Positions 40,554 to 55,074 of a stretch of DNA of 64,000 bases are shown here, one piece after another. Made by a program: the position numbers and the translations under genes. Position 1 is the first letter of the stretch, and each line of letters begins with the position of its first letter. Under the pieces are notes generated by a model that ran no database searches, was not told where the DNA came from, and saw only the letters and a list, made by a program, of their open reading frames with translations. The stretch is taken from contig NIVC01000460.1 of NCBI GenBank assembly GCA_002269645.1, forward strand, positions 186,001 to 250,000. The letters run 5' to 3'. This DNA is from Macrostomum lignano. Lineage: Eukaryota.

Positions 40554-42950
40554 CAGTTAGTTAGTTAGTCAGTTAGTTAGTTATTTAGTTAGTTAGTTAG
40601 TCAGTTAGTTAGTTAGTTAGTCAGTTAGTCAGTTAGTTAGTCAGTTAGTCAGTTAGTTAGTTAGTCAGTTAGTTACGCACCCGCACGGAGCGGCAGCCTC
40701 AGGGCAGAAGCTCGGCGCATTGTCATTCTCGTCCAGAACTTGGACCACGATGTCCAGCGGTCGCGAAGTCTTGGCCGGTTCTCCGCTGTCCTTGGCCGAC
40801 ACTCGCAGCTGGTAGCTGGCCTCCTGCTCCCTGTCCAGGGTTTCCTTTGTCAGCAGCAGTCCGTTGCGCTCCCCCAGGCTGAACAATCGGCTGTGCGGTG
40901 TGTCCTCGAGAACATACGTCACCCCGTCTCCGTCAGCGTCCGTAGCGTTTAACTGGTGCACCGGAGCGCCTGGCGGCCGGTTCTCCACCACCCGCAGCGT
41001 CAGAATCGGCGTCGTCATTGTCGAACTCAAGCTGGTCGCCTCGGCGAACTCCGGCCGATTGTCATTGACGTTTCCGACTCGGATGGTCAGGCGGCGTTGA
41101 GTGACGAGCTCGGGCTCGCCGCCGTCTGAGCAATTCAGCAGCAGCTCGTGCTGCTTAGCGGCCTCTCTGTCTAACGGCCTGGCGGTTCGGAGCTCGAACT
41201 CGCGCTGCTGGCCGCGGCTGAGTCCGCCGCCGCCCGTTCGCGAGACCAACTGGAAGGATCGAAGAGACTCGGCGCCGCCCAAAAGGCTGCAGTCTAGTCG
41301 GCTGGGGCCACCGTCCGCGTCAGTCGCCGTTATCCAAGCCACCAGCTCGGCACCAGCTCCGTTTTCCATCACCTCAAGGTTGCCGGCTCCAACGTCTTCG
41401 GTTGCTGGCGTGACATCGATGACTGGCTGCTCGTCGTTCCGGTCCAGGACGCTGACGGTGACAGTGGCGCTTCCGGTCTGCGGCCCGACTCCGCTGGAGT
41501 CCCGCCTGCCGTCTCTGTCCACGGCCTCGAGGATGATTACGTGCACCGGCTGGTGCTCGTAGTCCAGCCGGCGGCGCAGGAACACGCCGCCAGTGGTCGG
41601 GTCGACGCTGAAGAAGCCGCCGACGCCTCCGACGCCACCGGCGACGCTGCTCAACCGGTAGCGAATCTGAGCGTTCAGTCCCTCGTCCGGGTCGGTTGCG
41701 TTCATTCTGATGAATACGGTGTTCAGCGGAAGGTCTTCCTGCACGTGGACCGTCATCTGTTTAAATGGGTTTTGTTGGTGTTCTTGCGCAACGAAGAAAT
41801 CAAAGCTGTACTACTTGTTTTCAACACTCTGATTGACCAGTGGGCGACATCCAAGCATTGAGAAAGCTTCCAACTTGTCCGCTACCTAAGGGCTACCGAG
41901 TGAGTGACCATCCACTTTCTGGACTCTCCGCGGAGGGCGACCGCACTGCGGACACCGGCACCACCGGATCTCCCCTGCCCAGCACAACAGCGCACAATAT
42001 TTAGGCCAACTTGACCGAAGCTACTGAGTGTCTGCGTTAGTTCGTAATTTGAAACAACGGCCCACCTGTTCCTTGGAAAATCGCGGCTTCTCATCGTTCC
42101 GATCGATCAGTCGGACGTCGATCTGCAACCGGCCGACCCGAGGCGGACTGCCGCCGTCCTTGGCCAGCAGTTCGAGCTTATGCCGAGCAACCTTCTCCCT
42201 GTCCAGCGGCCTCACCGCAATCAGCTTCGGCTGCAGTCTGCTGTCGCCCAGGCGAAAGTACGGAAGGTCGCCGTCCTGCTCTAGCGAGTACTCTTGCACA
42301 TTGAACGGCTCAGCGTCCAAGTCGACAGCCATGGGCAATTTGAACTCTTCGCCATCTTTCGGATGCTCGTCGATGTTTAGAATGAACTCCGCCTGGGGAA
42401 AGGTTGGCGCGTTGTCGTTCAAGTCGCGCACCCGGATGGCGACCTCCACCATCTGGCTGGCGTCCGGATTCACGGCGTCAATGACGCGAACTCGCAATGT
42501 CAACTCGCAGGCGTCAGTCGGCGATCGCGAATGCGCCCAGCCGGAGCGTCGACTCCGTCCTCTTCGGCGTCTCCGTTGGAGTCGGCTTCTGCGCGGCTGC
42601 CGACAGCAGCGCCGCACCAGGGTGCACATCCGGTCCCGGTCGAGGCTCACGTTTGGCGCCGTGCTGACCAGCCCGCTGTCCCCGTCCACTCTGAAGTACC
42701 GCAGGCCCGGCTCGCTGCTCGCCTGGCCCAGGCTGACGAACCGGGCGCCGCCCGGGCCTCCGACGGGAAGCCCCGGCTGGCCGGACAGCCGGCCGATTTC
42801 ACGTGGCCGAGCCGGCGGCTGCTCGCCTAAGTCTTCGTCTGTCTCGAAGGTGACTCGGATGGCGCCGCCGCTCGTTGTTGACAGCCACAGCGTTGACAGA
42901 AGTAGCAGCGCCGAGCCAGCGATGAAGCTGTTTGAGAGGCTGTAGGTCAT
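31310..42950 (-). CDS. Protocadherin with 7 cadherin repeats (delta1/Pcdh9-like architecture), ~1141 aa; exons 42950-42066, 41756-40681, 40234-39955, 35167-34484, 31957-31825, 31677-31310
   Basis: Signal peptide, then seven repeats with DRE/DRD, DxD and (D)xNDNxP motifs, a TM segment (LILIVCLALLGALLAVVFLVGLLWL) and a cytoplasmic tail ending SSSFV*. All five introns are GT..AG with matching phases (0,2,0,0,1); exon lengths sum to 3426 nt. The last two exons rest on splice and phase logic only and are less certain. Confidence 0.9.
32490..32850. repeat. Purine-rich minisatellite, ~16-bp unit (gagagtcagacaggaa)
   Basis: Tandem copies in protocadherin intron 4. Confidence 0.85.
33700..34410. repeat. 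Compound repeat: (CA)n interleaved with cctcagactcaaaatga
   Basis: More than 20 units of variable CA length. Confidence 0.95.
35250..35545. repeat. Minisatellite, ~20-bp unit (gattcaaaatggcacccagt)
   Basis: Tandem copies. Confidence 0.9.
36235..37056. repeat. Minisatellite, ~41-bp unit (aactaagcctgaaggatcagaaggatcagggagaggatggc)
   Basis: About 20 tandem copies with gradual unit drift. Confidence 0.95.
37838..38515. repeat. Minisatellite, 22/24-bp units (cagagtcactcatttggcgc[c/gct]a)
   Basis: About 30 tandem copies. Confidence 0.95.
38978..39930. repeat. Minisatellite of variable units built on gtgagttcatgagatcat
   Basis: Tandem variants running to within ~25 nt of the exon-3 donor. Confidence 0.93.
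40250..40674. repeat. (TTAG/TCAG)n microsatellite forming nearly all of protocadherin intron 2
   Basis: Direct reading; intron is 40235-40680. Confidence 0.97.
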
Positions 42951-43880
42951 TGACTCTGTCGTTGGTAGAAGCACTGTTGGTGCAATCTGTTGCCAATAGC
43001 TAGTCTTATAATTTGATTCGAATTCAGCACGGACTGGGTCTCACTGAGCTCCAACAACTGAACAAATTTATCGGCAATATCATTTGCCTCCTGTTGCTCG
43101 ACAAGCAATCCTTTCTTATAGATCCCTTCTCAACCCCCCTTGTGCTCACAAACCTTCTCAGCGAGTCTCCGCCAACCGGAGCAGTCGGGCTGGTTCCATT
43201 GGCTCTGGCCGGCACACACCGACACCGGTACACCTGCGCAGGTCACGTCTCAAAGGCATAAATTTCTGTAGCCAATTCGCGGGCAAGCAGGGCATTTCTT
43301 CTACTTTCTACTATTAAAAAACACTTCCCTGCGTGTAGCAAGCAGTTGCAGGCCCGGTTATTCAACTGAGGCCAAAATTGCTTTCCTTTTTTGCATTTCG
43401 GTAATAATAGCAAAGAAAATTAACTATTCCAAATATAGTAAAACTCTCAGCATTCCTCCTTTTCCCTCCCGCAAATGCTATCCAAACCAAATCGAGAAGC
43501 GAATTAGCGAAAATAAAGCTGAGTCACTTGGCCGGAACAGAGTCAATCAAAACCGAGTTTTTATTCGCTAAACTCCAGCTCGGTTTGATCTCAAATCAGG
43601 ACAGAGTCGCTTGAGAAATGAAAGACAATAGTTAGCAGTTTCACCCGGGAAAGAGGCTGGATGGGGAGGTGGGGCTGCGGACTCGCTCAGCAGGACTTCC
43701 GGCTGCGATTCGTCCGGCGCGTTGTTTAATTTGAGTTTTCCCGGGACACGAGAGGCAAACTCAAATAAGGGCTGCTCACGCGTGAGGGCGTGGAGACGGC
43801 TGGCTATGGTGTACTGTTTCAGTGCGCGTTTGCGATTTCGCAACTTTGAAGCCTCACCAGTTCATGAGATTTCACAACCT

Positions 43881-44120
43881 CAAATAATTGATTACACCTG
43901 CCCTAATGAGCAGATTTGCAACCGACAGCTCAACCGCAGCTGCGTACGGCTGTTCAGTCCAAGGACTGGCGGGTCTCCACACACAGCCTCAATTACCCCA
44001 GCTAATGCTCAAGCTAGGTGTCTTGCTCAAGGACACAAACTGTTCCCAGTGGGTCAAGAATCGAACCAGCGACCTTTCAGTCGTGACTCCGACGCTCTAG
44101 CCACTCGGCTACACTAGGCC
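43881..44120 (-). mobile_element. tRNA-derived SINE with CORE-like central motif
   Basis: Minus strand: ggcctagtgTAGCCGAGTGGctagagcgtcgg...ggtcgctGGTTCGATTCt (Pol III A and B boxes), followed by tgtgtccttgagcaagacacc, similar to the MIR/CORE motif tgtgaccttgggcaagtcac. Confidence 0.75.
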
Positions 44121-44684
44121 GGTCCAGAGTGGCTGGGTTGCCAACAAAAACAGCAACAACAACCTCAAAGCTTCACCAACTCATGAGATTTCACAAACTG
44201 AAAGCTTCATCACCTTTGACTCTGAAAATTTCTCAGAATAGGAGTATACTGTATAAGTAAGATTTTGTAAAAATTGTATCTTCCAGATCCATGAAAACAG
44301 TAAATAAAAAATTGCTTAGTCCTACTTATGAGTAGTAAACCATGCAAATTAAATATTTCACTCCAAGATAACCCCAAACCAGTTTTTAAGCATCCAGAAA
44401 ATCGATACCGGTATATTACTCCATTCTTAATTTAAAACGATCAAATCAGGAATATAAATGACTGCTAGGAGAAACAACAAATTAACATTAGTAGTGTACT
44501 GGATATTTTGTATAAAGAAGCACACTGCAGTTTGATATCAAACTTTCTAAAAGTGTAAATTGAAAAATATTGAAGCTAGCTAAATATTTATATCACGTTC
44601 AATAACTTATGTTTCAGTACGTTGTTCGATATATAATTGTGGGGGTTGTCGATTGAAAGGTCGAAGATAGAACAGAGCGTATAA

Positions 44685-45005
44685 GAAAGCAGAAGACAGA
44701 AAGCAGGCCAGAAAGCAGAAGACGGAAAAGAAGAAGACAAAAGCAGAAGACACAATAGGAGAAGCCAGAAAGCAGGAAAGAAAGCAGATAACAGAAGAGC
44801 AGAATACAAAAGCATAAGACAGAAAAGCAGAAGACAAAAAGCAGAAGACAGAAAAGCAGAAGACAAAGCAGGCCAGAAAGCAGAAGACAGAAAAGCAGAA
44901 GACAAAGCAGGCCAGAAAGCAGAAGACAGAAAAGCAGAAGACAAAGCAGGCCAGAAAGCAGAAGACAGAAAAGCAGAAGATAGAAAGCAGAAGACTCGAG
45001 ACAGA
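44685..45005. repeat. Purine-rich mosaic repeat (agcagaagacagaaa)
   Basis: Tandem variants immediately 3' of the claudin-like gene. Confidence 0.85.
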
Positions 45006-45081
45006 AAAAAATAATTCAACCGTCAGATATCAAATAATTCAAATTAAGATCCTCAGAAATTTTCCGTGTCTCCTTCCAGCC

Positions 45082-46637
45082 TCAGAAGCCTTCGTAGCTG
45101 TTTGTAACGGGAATTCGAGGCAGTCGGCCGCCGCCGCCGACGCCACCGCCGCCGCTCCAGTTGTTGCCGGCATCGAACCGGGCATCGGGTTGTTCAACCG
45201 GGTACCTCTGCATCTGGTAAGCCTGCTCGCCATTGCCAGCTTTAGCGGCGCTTCCCGTCGGCGTGTAAGGCGATCCGAACTCGTCGAACTTGTCGGATGG
45301 CTCGCCTCGCTGCTGCCGCTGCCGCTGGTTGGGCAGCGCCAGACCAACCAGGCTGGTTCCGGCTGCGGCCAGACAGGCGCTAAAGGCCGCCAGGGCGATG
45401 TAATAAGACGCTCCAGGTGTCACTTTCGTAGCCAGCTGCAAATTGCTCGGCAAAGCGTTGTAGATCGACAGGCCGGCCGAAGCTACAGCCGTCGTGCCTG
45501 AGATTGGCGGCAGCAGCTCGCGCATCAGGGTGTTGTTAAAGGCGATGTGGGCCCCGAACTGCAGTCCAGCAGCCAGCAGACTCAGACCAGTTGGCGCTAC
45601 CAGACCGGACATTTCGCTGGTGCTGGCCAGGATGTACAAGCAGACTAGCAGAGAGACGCAGAGCACAGCTCCGGAGGCCAGGTGCAAACCAATGTGCAGC
45701 CTGCGGTTTTTGTTCAGGTAAAGCCAGGGTTTTCTTAGAAAGGTGGCGATTGAATTTTCGTTTGAATCTAGCTTTCTATTTACCAACACACCTAAGTTCT
45801 TCATCAACACCCAACAAGACTCCAACAACAACTGCACAACCCAAGTTCATCCTCAACGACAGCCAACCTCTCTCCAACAACTGCACAACCCAAGTTCATC
45901 CTCAACGACATCCAACCTCTCTCCAACAACTGCACAACCCAAGTTCATCCTCAACGACATCCAACCTCTCTCCAACAACTGCACAACCCAAGTTCACCCT
46001 CAACGACATCCAACCTCTCTCCAACAACTACACAACCCAAGTTCATCCTCAACGACAGCCAACCTCTCTCCAACAACTGCACAACCCAAGTTCATCCTCA
46101 ACGACAGCCAACCTCTCTCCAACAACTGCACAACCCAAGTTCATCCTCAACGACATCCAACCTCTCTCCAACAACTGCACAACCCAAGTTCATCCTCAAC
46201 GACAGCCAACCTCTCTCCAACAACTGCACAACCCAAGTTCATCCTCAACCACAACCAACCTCTCTAACAACTATAAGAAAAAGGACTCACTTTCTGAGCA
46301 CCAGAATGGTGTCAGCACCAGTCCCCAGATAGCTGGCGTCGGTGTTATTCAAATTGCCGCCGAGGTCAACGTCGAAGCAGCTGCCGAACTTCACCTGACT
46401 CGAGTAGGCGGACGCCGACAGCGGAGGGGCGCTGGTGTTGGACAGGCAGGTGAGAAAAGCTCCGCGACTGCGGGTGAAATAATCCAAGCCTGTCCTATTC
46501 GACAAAGTGCTCCGATCAACTTCGAACTGTAGCCAGTTGGGCAGCGACAGAGACACCACGTTCAGTGTGATTGCGGCTAGCAAGGTTAAAATGGATAGAA
46601 AACCAATAAATCTTCGCGTAACGTCGTCGTCCTGCAT
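45082..46637 (-). CDS. Claudin/PMP22/EMP-superfamily tetraspan membrane protein, ~332 aa; exons 46637-46291 and 45733-45082
   Basis: TM1 (FIGFLSILTLLAAITLNVVSL), then W...FTRSRGAFLTC...C extracellular loop (W-GLW-C-C equivalent), TM2 LHIGLHLASGAVLCVSLLVCLYIL, TM3 GLSLLAAGLQFGAHIAF, TM4 preceded by PGASYYIAL. Phase-2 GT..AG intron joins in frame. Confidence 0.82.
45810..46265. repeat. Intronic minisatellite, 49-bp unit (ccaagttcatcctcaacgacagccaacctctctccaacaactgcacaac)
   Basis: About 9 copies filling the claudin-like intron. Confidence 0.95.
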
Positions 46638-47258
46638 TCTGGCTAAGAAGATGAGATAGATAGTAGGGTTCAGGTATACTGTGAATGGGCGTTAGTTAGA
46701 ATGTCTTCACTTGGGCGTCGGCCCTGTAGGCTCACGTATTTTTATAGACAGTGCAAGACTTAACCCGCGGTCTCTCATTCTTCGTGCCGCTCTCTCAGCC
46801 TCACCCGCCTGCCTTCGCCACTAGGCGGGTCAACAGACCTCCCCGACTCCACCAGAGCTTTCTATTGTCTCTTTTTCTAATTAATGGGCGTCTTCGCCAA
46901 TTCGCTTGGAGAGAAATTGCATTCACTGCGGCTCTGGGTCGGTGCTGGGACCCTGCCGCCCTGCTGAAATATTCAAACTCTCTACTTGGATTGTCTGTGC
47001 GTGATGCATTGTGAACAGCGAAGCGAATGCCTTACCCCCTGTCCCACCCTCTGTCTCTCTCTTCTTGTCTTTTACTTATCTTGGCTGTCCGAATGCACTC
47101 ACTCACTGTATCTTCAACTGCGAGGTCAACAAAATAATCTGAATGCCTCACTACTGCGGAGTGCTGAATGATAGGCGAAACAATTTACGTCGGGCTAACA
47201 ATTAGCAAGCAGTGCTACTTGAAGTAACCGAATATAGTGTTGGTAAAGTTTTTTTAAA

Positions 47259-47805
<547 letters not shown>

Positions 47806-48324
47806 TCTATCTGTCCTATTCTATCGAGTCAGACCGCATTCTAAGAAAGAAGGCAGTCTCAGAGAAAGTTTTTTCCTATGCAGAAAAAGATATCTCTTTC
47901 AGATTTTATCTAGAAATATCCCCCCAGAAATTCTTCCCCGGGGATTCTGAGCCAAGATTGATAGCCAATATCCAGTTCTCAGGATTCATCTGCACCAGTT
48001 GGGCGTTGGGAACTGCAAAATTGGGAAAATTAGTCAAAATCTTTTCCCAATACTTTCTTCCCATCATACTAGGGATTTAAGCCGCGGGCTTGCAACCTCA
48101 AAGCGACGCGAATGTCGGCTTGAATTTCTAAAATCCATGAAAAATTATTTCTGATGCTGAATGGGATAAGGAGGTATTCGAACAAACTAGTTTTATCTCA
48201 GGGTTTTTTCTTTAGCCAATGAGGCTTAAAAATCTTATATTTTTATCATGACACTATTAACTGTCATGTTCACTAAATTGCTTGATCAATTTTTTAAGTT
48301 TTTTTATTGTTATTCCTCAGCCAC

Positions 48325-48775
48325 CAAATTTCAAGGTCAGTAGCAGTCAAAGTCACTTAGAACGCGTGCCCCAATAAAATTCAAGATCAGTAGCTGTCAA
48401 GGTCACTTGAACGCGTGCCCCAATAAAATTCAAGGTCAGTAGCAGTCAAAGTCACTTAGAACGCGTGCCCCAATAAAATTCAAGGTCAGTAGCTGTCAAG
48501 GTCACTTGAACGCGTGCCCCAATAAAATTCAAGGTCAGTAGCAGTCAAAGTCACTTAGAACGCGTGCCCCAATAAAGTTCAAGGTCAGTAGTAATCAAGG
48601 TCACTGAAACGCGTGACCCCATTTAACTTCAAGGTCGTCAGTTAGCTGTCAAAGTCACTTAATTTTCGTGCCCCAAAAAACTTCAAGGTCAGTAGCAGTC
48701 AAGGTCCCTTGAACGCGTGCCTTAAAAAACTTCAAGGTCAGTAGCAGTCAAGGTCACTTAAACCACTGAAGCGCG
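48325..48775. repeat. Minisatellite, ~50-bp unit rich in TCAAGGTCA
   Basis: ttcaaggtcagtagcagtcaaagtcacttagaacgcgtgccccaataaaa, about 8-9 copies. Confidence 0.9.
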
Positions 48776-49967
48776 TGACCACTGAATCATAGTGTCATCA
48801 GCAGTCAATTTCGCTCGCTAGAAAATCAATTAAAAGTGAATTAATGGATCATTGGAATACAGTTTTCTGTTCAATTTCCTCATCTAAATTTTGTTTTAAT
48901 CAGTTTTGAGCAAGCGTTACATGTACTTTTATCGGTGTCTGCTCATTTCTAGAGACACGCCGAGTTCCATCTCAATGGCTTTGGTTATTCCCCAGCTGGA
49001 ATTGGTGTGCGGCAAGCCAGCTCGCGAGTGTAAACAGGAACTTCAGCCAATGTAGGATGCCAATCTCTCTCAGTCTGCGCGGAATCTGCAGCGGTCGAAA
49101 TTAGGACCGGGACTGGGGGGGGGGCTGGGCTGAGAAGTATTTATTCCCACGGGGATCGCTGCTGGGAATTAGTAAAACTGTATGCTGAGGGGCGTGAAGT
49201 GCTTGATTGCATTCTGTTTGCTGGGCTGCTATCAGTTGCAATTGCCATATATGCCGATTGCACCCGCCTCGCGATTGGCCTCAGACTGACGCTTGAGCAG
49301 AAAGTCAGCTCGGCTCTGAGTTCGCGTCAAAGGGGAACAAACTCTCTAGCTTAGGGAATCCAGTGAGTCAGGGGGGGGGGGAACAACACAGATCTTGCTG
49401 GCTTCTATAGATGCAAAGAGAGATCAGGTAGAGATCAGAGTGAGATTAGAGAGATCAGAGAGAGAAAATGCAACTCATACAGAGGTCATACAAAGGTCGT
49501 ACAGAGGTCATACAGAGGTCATACAGAGATAACACAGAGGTCATACAGAGATCATACAGAGGTCATAACAGAGACCATAAAGAGATTATACAGACGTCAC
49601 AGAGGAGACAGAGACCATAATCCCTAGGTTGCTAAATTGCAGTTCCTGACAGACAAGCAGATCAGCCTCTGCAGCAAGCGAAGAGTTTCAGTTTTGTTGC
49701 AAAGCACAAGAATGCAGGATTGCTTTAGAATTTTTGCGAGCATAAAATGTTTAACGACGAAAAATGAATGACAACTGAAGATGGGGAACAGAGTCAACAC
49801 AGGCCTGAAAGGATGCAGTTAGGTCGTTGCGAATGAGTAAGCAGCTGAGAATTTGAGGTTCTAAAAGAGATAATTGCAGTGAGGAAGATCCTAAGCTTCA
49901 CGAGGCCGTACAGCTTTAATTGACAAGAGGAGACAACTGCAGTCTACATGCGTGCAAGTTTGTTTGC

Positions 49968-51818
<1,851 letters not shown>

Positions 51819-52454
51819 GAGACGACACACGCTTATCTCTCCAGGATCCTGCTGTGGAATAGAATCGAAAAAGTTCTCTATTCTATGAAATTCAGCCCAC
51901 AGCCATAGTGCCGCTCACTGCTCACCCTAATCCATGCTAAAGAAAAGCTTTCTCTCTTCATTTGTGCACGCGCAACGCTGCATGCTGCAGCTCAGAAGAG
52001 ATTCTGAGTCGAGAGAGGCGCAGTCAGTCGGTGGGATAAATTGGGCAAACTCCCAAGCAGACACTTGGTCAAGAACGGAGCAGAGAGAGAGAGATAGAGA
52101 TGGAGGCGGAGACTGCGACACAGCCTGCAAAATGAGATCAGCCGTCCAGTGCGTTACATTTGGGATAAAGCAGGGACCAAGGAGAAGAGGATTTTGCCTT
52201 CTTCGGCTCTCGACTCGGCCAGGGGACTCGATGGATTGCCGGGGGATCGGCATGACGAGCGAGCACTGCAAATTACATACATGAGGGACGCACCGGCACT
52301 TCAAAGGGGAGTGGATGGGCCAAGGGAAAATGAAGCAGTCACAGTGTAGGGGAGCCTTTGCCTGAGAGATTACTAATAACAGGACAATCAAATGATAGGC
52401 TTTGCCGTGAGGTCTGGACGAAGTTCCCGAGGAGGAAGATAAGAGAGATGGGAA

Positions 52455-52905
52455 TGCTGGGTTTACCGGGTGCTGGGTTTACCGGGTGCTGGGTTTACCG
52501 GGTGCTGGGTTTACCGGGTGCTGGGTTTACCGGGTGCTGGGTTTATCGGGTGCTGTTGGGTTTACCGGGTGCTGTTGGGTTTACCGGGTGCTGGGTTTAC
52601 CGGGCGCTGCTGGGTTTACCAGGTGCTGGGTTTACCTGGTGCTGGGCTTACCAGGTGCTGGGTTTACCGGGTGCTGGGTTTACCGGGTGCTGGGTTTACC
52701 GGGTGCTGGGTTTACCGGGTGCTGGGTTTACCGGGTGCTGGGTTTACCGGGTGCTGGGTTTACCGGGTGCTGGGTTTACCGGGTGCTGGGTTTACCGGGT
52801 GCTGGGTTTACCGGGTGCTGGGTTTACCGGGTGCTGGGTTTACCGGGTGATGGGTTCACCGGATGCTGGGTTTACAGGGCGCTGTTGGGGTTTACCGGGT
52901 GCTGG
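52455..52905. repeat. Minisatellite, 16-bp unit (gctgggtttaccgggt)
   Basis: About 27 tandem copies. Confidence 0.95.
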
Positions 52906-53334
52906 GTTTTGGGCTTACCTGGTTATCACCTATTCTGTAGTAGTAGAACTACGAGTACGAGTATAAATCAATATTGTTGAGGAAACTTCAGAGAACTTAA
53001 TCTGTGAAAGTTCATCGAATACTATGAACTGCTCAGCGAGTCGAGTAGAGTACATGTAGAGTACGTTTGTGCATATCGTGACTTTTTCGGTCACTGCCTA
53101 ATTTAGATTTTTTCTATTCTAACAGAACTACAGTTCGTAATTACTTGTCTGAGGTAGCACTGCGCACGCACTCTGAGGGTTTGGGTGGCAATTCGGCAAA
53201 TGAATATAGAGACTTAAACTTTTTAAATAATCAATTTCATTTTATGATCAGGATTATAGAGTGGGTGATACAACGCAGGGAGAAGTGGAAAGAAAGAGAG
53301 GTGAGATATAGTGAAATGTGACACAGTAGAGAGT

Positions 53335-54455
53335 TTAGAGGAGATGAGAGGAGATGAGTGAAGAGAGGAGAGGAGGGGAGAGGAGAGGAGAAAGAGGAGA
53401 GGAGGGGAGAGGAAAAGAGAGGAGAGGAGAGAGAGGAGCGGATAAGAGAGGAGAGGAAAGAGAAGAGAGAGAGAAGAGGAGAAGAGAGGAGAGGAAAGGA
53501 AAGGAGAGGAGAGGAGAGGAGAGGAGAAAAGAGGAGAAGAAAGAAGAGGAGAGCAGTGGAAAGAAAAGGAGAGGAGAAGAGAGGAGAGGAGAAAAGAGGA
53601 GAAGAAAGAAGAGGAGAGCAGTGGAAAGAAAAGGAGAGGAGAAGAGAGGAGAGGAGATGAGAAGAGATGAGATGTGAGGAGAGGAGAGGAGAGGAGAGGA
53701 GAAGAGATGAGAGGAGAGGAGAGGAGAGGAGAGGAGAGGAGAGGAGAGGAGAGGAGAGGAGAGGAGAGGAGAGGAGAGGAGAAGAGAGGAGAGGAGAGGA
53801 GAGGAGAGGAGAGAAGAGGAAAAGAGAGGAGAGGAGAAGAGATGAGAGGAGAGGAGAGGAGAAGAGAGGAGAGGAGAGGAGAGGAGAGGAGAGGAGAGGA
53901 GAGGAGAAGAGATGAGAGGAGAGGAGAGGAGAGGAGAGGAGAGGAGAGGAAAAGAGGAGAGGAGATGAGAGGAGAGGAGAGGAGAGGAGAAGAGATGAGA
54001 GGAGAGGAGAGGAGAGGAGAGGAGAGGAGAGGAGAGGAGAGGAGAGGAGGGAGAGGAGAGGAGAGGAGAGAGAGGAGAGAGAGGAGAGGAGAGAGAGGAG
54101 AGCGAGGAGAGAGAGAAGAGAGAGGAGAGGAGAGGAGAGGAGAGGAGAGGAGAGGAGGGGAGAGGAGAGGAGAGGAGAGGAGAGGAGAGGAGAGGAGAGG
54201 AGAGGAGGGGAGGGAGAGGAGAGGAGAGGAGAGGAGAGGAGAGGAGAGGAGAGGAGGAGAGGAGAGGAGAGGAGAGGAGAGGAGGAGAGGAGAGGAGAGG
54301 AGAGGAGAGGAGAGGAGAGGAGAGGAGAGGAGAGGAGAGGAGGGGTGAGGAGGGGAGAGGAGAGGAGAGGAGGGGAGAGAAGAGGAGGGGAGAGGAGAGA
54401 GAGGAGAGGAGAGGAGAGGAGGGGAGAGGAGAGGAGAGGAGAGGAGAGGAGAGCT
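53335..54455. repeat. (GGAGA)n purine-rich simple repeat
   Basis: Direct reading. Confidence 0.97.
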
Positions 54456-55074
54456 AGGGAGCAGAGTAGTAAGGGAGAAGACACAGTCAGCAAGGCAAAT
54501 CAGAGCAAAGCGGGCAGGCCCAATCCTTTCAATCCACCCCAGGCTCCCAGCCAGCAGAGGTTCAATCGGTTTTTCCTCTGCTTTGCTGTTATTATTCTAA
54601 CAAAATTTTGCTGGCCGAGCCAGAAGCAGCCAGTAGAGTTCAATGAGGAAAAACTTGAGCAGCTATTAATTTTAATGGCCCAAAGCCAAACCAAACCCCG
54701 TCGCTTCGTCTCAGCTGGGCCGCCAATTCCCCACAGTCAACTCAGCCCCATCAGCCCAGAGCACTGAGCAGTCTTGGCTTTCTTAGACAACATGCAAATT
54801 CTTTTCTCCTTACCCGACGGGCTCAGGGTATCAACTCTGAACTGAGGGTCTTTGAACTGCCTCCCGCGTGACTGCGCATAACAATGCTCTCAGCTCTGCC
54901 TCCGTTTGATCATAGCTAATGCTTCTTGCTTTGACAAGTATTTCATGCTTCAGAAGAACTTTTTTCGCCTTGCCATTTGTTGCGAGAACGTCTTCTAGTG
55001 CAGTTCTTTTCAGAGAGGGAAACGGGATAAAGCATGTATTGGTTGTTTATCCACAAGAGAACTTTTAATTATCT

